Virus record (IMG/VR): IMGVR_UViG_3300030041_000009
Location: 1 to 64,000 of that record
DNA length: 64,000 nt
Reading direction: 5' to 3' (one strand)
Below are positions 62,444-64,000 of the stretch, in pieces. How positions within the stretch are numbered: the stretch's first letter is position 1; every line of letters begins with the position of its first letter. Made by a program: the position numbers and the translations under genes. Under the pieces are notes generated by a model. That model was not told the origin of the DNA and ran no database searches. It saw only the letters and a program-made list of their open reading frames with translations.

Positions 62444-64000
62444 TTATACGCTCGTAATCGTCTCCCAACCTGTTGCACCACCAATTCTCATCTTATTCAA
62501 GGTAGTATCGAAATACATTCCACCTTTAACATATGCTGGTGCTGCTGCAGTAGTTGCTTGTTGTGGCATTATTACTCCCTGAACTACTAAACTACCAGTT
62601 GCTCCAACATACGCTTTTTCAACCCCATTATTTCTGAATGAAAATAACTTAGCTGTTGCATTTGCTAAAGCACTTGATGTATCTGTAAATGCTCCTACTG
62701 CACTCGCTCCATCAACTACACGAGGATCAATTCTAAATCTTTCAGTAGATACTATTGTACCTGAAATTAATGCTCCTGAAACTGATGTACAGTTGGTTGG
62801 GTTATCAGTTATATTTAATAAATTACCACTTACTGCATATGTGGAGTTACCATCAACACGTCTTGACATTATAAGTACAGAACCAGTATTGTTTTGGGTT
62901 AATTTATCTACCCCATCACCTATATACATTGCTCCACCAGATGAATTTGTTGATATACCAATAAATCCAACTCCAGTTGTTGATATACCGCCTAATCCAT
63001 AAGAACTACTTGATTGTCCATAAACTCCATAATTATTTGTAGAGTTTCCATTAACTCCAGCACTATTTGTAGAGATTCCTTGAACTCCATAACTATTTGT
63101 AGAGTTTCCATTAACTCCAGTACTATTTGTAGAGTTTCCGTAAACTCCATAACTATTTGTAGAGATTCCATAAACTCCACCACTATTTGTAGAGATTCCT
63201 TGAACTCCATAACTATTTGTAGAGCTTCCATAAACTCCAACATAATTTGTAGAGGTTACATAAATACCCCTTGGAGTCTGTCCATAAATAATATATCTTC
63301 CTAAACCTGTATTTATTGTCCAATCTCCACTCGCAGGAGTTACAACATTTGTCGTACTTAAAGAATTAGAATTTCTATCAACTGTAATTGAACCTCCTCC
63401 TGTTACCGATGCACTTCTTTCAACTACTAACCAATATGAAGTACCATTAACCATCGTATAGTCTCCACCAAACAAGTATTCAACATAAGAAGTCGTTAAT
63501 GTGCCCATTTTAACCTGATCAGAAGTGTATAATAAAGCATTTGGGGCTGTACCTGTATCTGAATATAATTTAAGTCTAATATAATCTGTTGTATTTGTAA
63601 CAGTACCTATTTTCTTCAATCTAACTGATAACGAACCCATTGTGTTTGCAGCACTTGCGGTAAATTTCCAGGCATAGTATTGATTTAAAAGTGGTTCATC
63701 ATTACCTGTAGATACTATATCTTGTTGAAGATTAGTAGCATTCATCACCACGTTTAATCCATAAACAGTGCGTTGATTCTGAGTTTGAGTATTATCTAAG
63801 AAATGTAAAGGAGTTGTATATCCGCCAATACCAGTATTACCCTGTAAAATAGTTTTAGTAATTAATGTATTACCTAATGTTACTGAGTTACTTCCATTAC
63901 CAGTTGCGTTATATCCAATTACTATTTCATTTGAATTGCCATCAGCAGATGCCATTGTATTTGCTCCAATATAGACAGAATTATAAGAATTGATATTAGT
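62444..64000 (-). CDS. Tail fibre / receptor-binding protein (5' part beyond the window)
   Basis: NEIVIGYNATGNGSNSVTLGN; GVxGxSTN repeats; C-terminal GGMYFDTT; frame open to the window end. Confidence 0.75.
   Translation of the reverse strand, partial: TNINSYNSVYIGANTMASADGNSNEIVIGYNATGNGSNSVTLGNTLITKTILQGNTGIGGYTTPLHFLDNTQTQNQRTVYGLNVVMNATNLQQDIVSTGNDEPLLNQYYAWKFTASAANTMGSLSVRLKKIGTVTNTTDYIRLKLYSDTGTAPNALLYTSDQVKMGTLTTSYVEYLFGGDYTMVNGTSYWLVVERSASVTGGGSITVDRNSNSLSTTNVVTPASGDWTINTGLGRYIIYGQTPRGIYVTSTNYVGVYGSSTNSYGVQGISTNSGGVYGISTNSYGVYGNSTNSTGVNGNSTNSYGVQGISTNSAGVNGNSTNNYGVYGQSSSSYGLGGISTTGVGFIGISTNSSGGAMYIGDGVDKLTQNNTGSVLIMSRRVDGNSTYAVSGNLLNITDNPTNCTSVSGALISGTIVSTERFRIDPRVVDGASAVGAFTDTSSALANATAKLFSFRNNGVEKAYVGATGSLVVQGVIMPQQATTAAAPAYVKGGMYFDTTLNKMRIGGATGWETITSV
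62990..63260 (-). repeat. 30 bp tandem coding repeat (GVxGxSTNSx), about nine units
   Basis: AACTCCAnnACTATTTGTAGAG recurs every 30 bp. Confidence 0.85.

Noticed and set aside
62990-63260. CRISPR array
   Set aside because: 30 bp in-frame coding repeats with no unique spacers.
1-64000. Stop-codon reassignment, as in some Bacteroidota jumbo phages
   Set aside because: Conserved genes are full length in code 11 and coding density is high. The TAG at 5982 is followed immediately by a new ATG.

Overview
This very AT-rich, gene-dense 64 kb window is best read as part of a jumbo/huge T4-like (Caudoviricetes) phage genome. Recurrent TAnnTTTG (-7) promoter elements point to a Bacteroidota host. Recognisable genes: dnaK, rtcB, PIN-PhoH, DHFR, a DHH phosphoesterase, an AsnB-like amidotransferase, glutamine-dependent NadE, a GH73 glucosaminidase, only the N-terminal half of a family B DNA polymerase, a virion glycosylation cluster (GT6, HPAT/SGT-like, GT4 plus heptosyltransferase) beside an IPT/TIG protein and a tail fibre, five homing-endonuclease-type genes, a TnpB-only IS element that interrupts a gene, and two identical tRNA-Gly-like genes. 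Four patterns are not explained by routine annotation. (1) About 25 small genes share a C-terminal R-x-x-K-[LI]-x-x-[LI] helix. Four of them, mostly too short for the ORF track, carry a short segment resembling a conserved motif of a core phage protein (prohead protease, PolB motif A, major capsid protein), suggesting a decoy/adaptor library. (2) About 20 genes, most with a TT[AT]ATATATA late-type promoter, begin with a T4 capsid-targeting-like peptide; they include six HExxH metallopeptidase paralogues, ankyrin proteins and ART/RNase-like candidates. (3) Metallopeptidase cassettes repeatedly sit between direct repeats. (4) A module of divergent ribbon-helix-helix genes plus a nuclease occurs twice. 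All family calls come from motif recognition by eye; no database searches were run.
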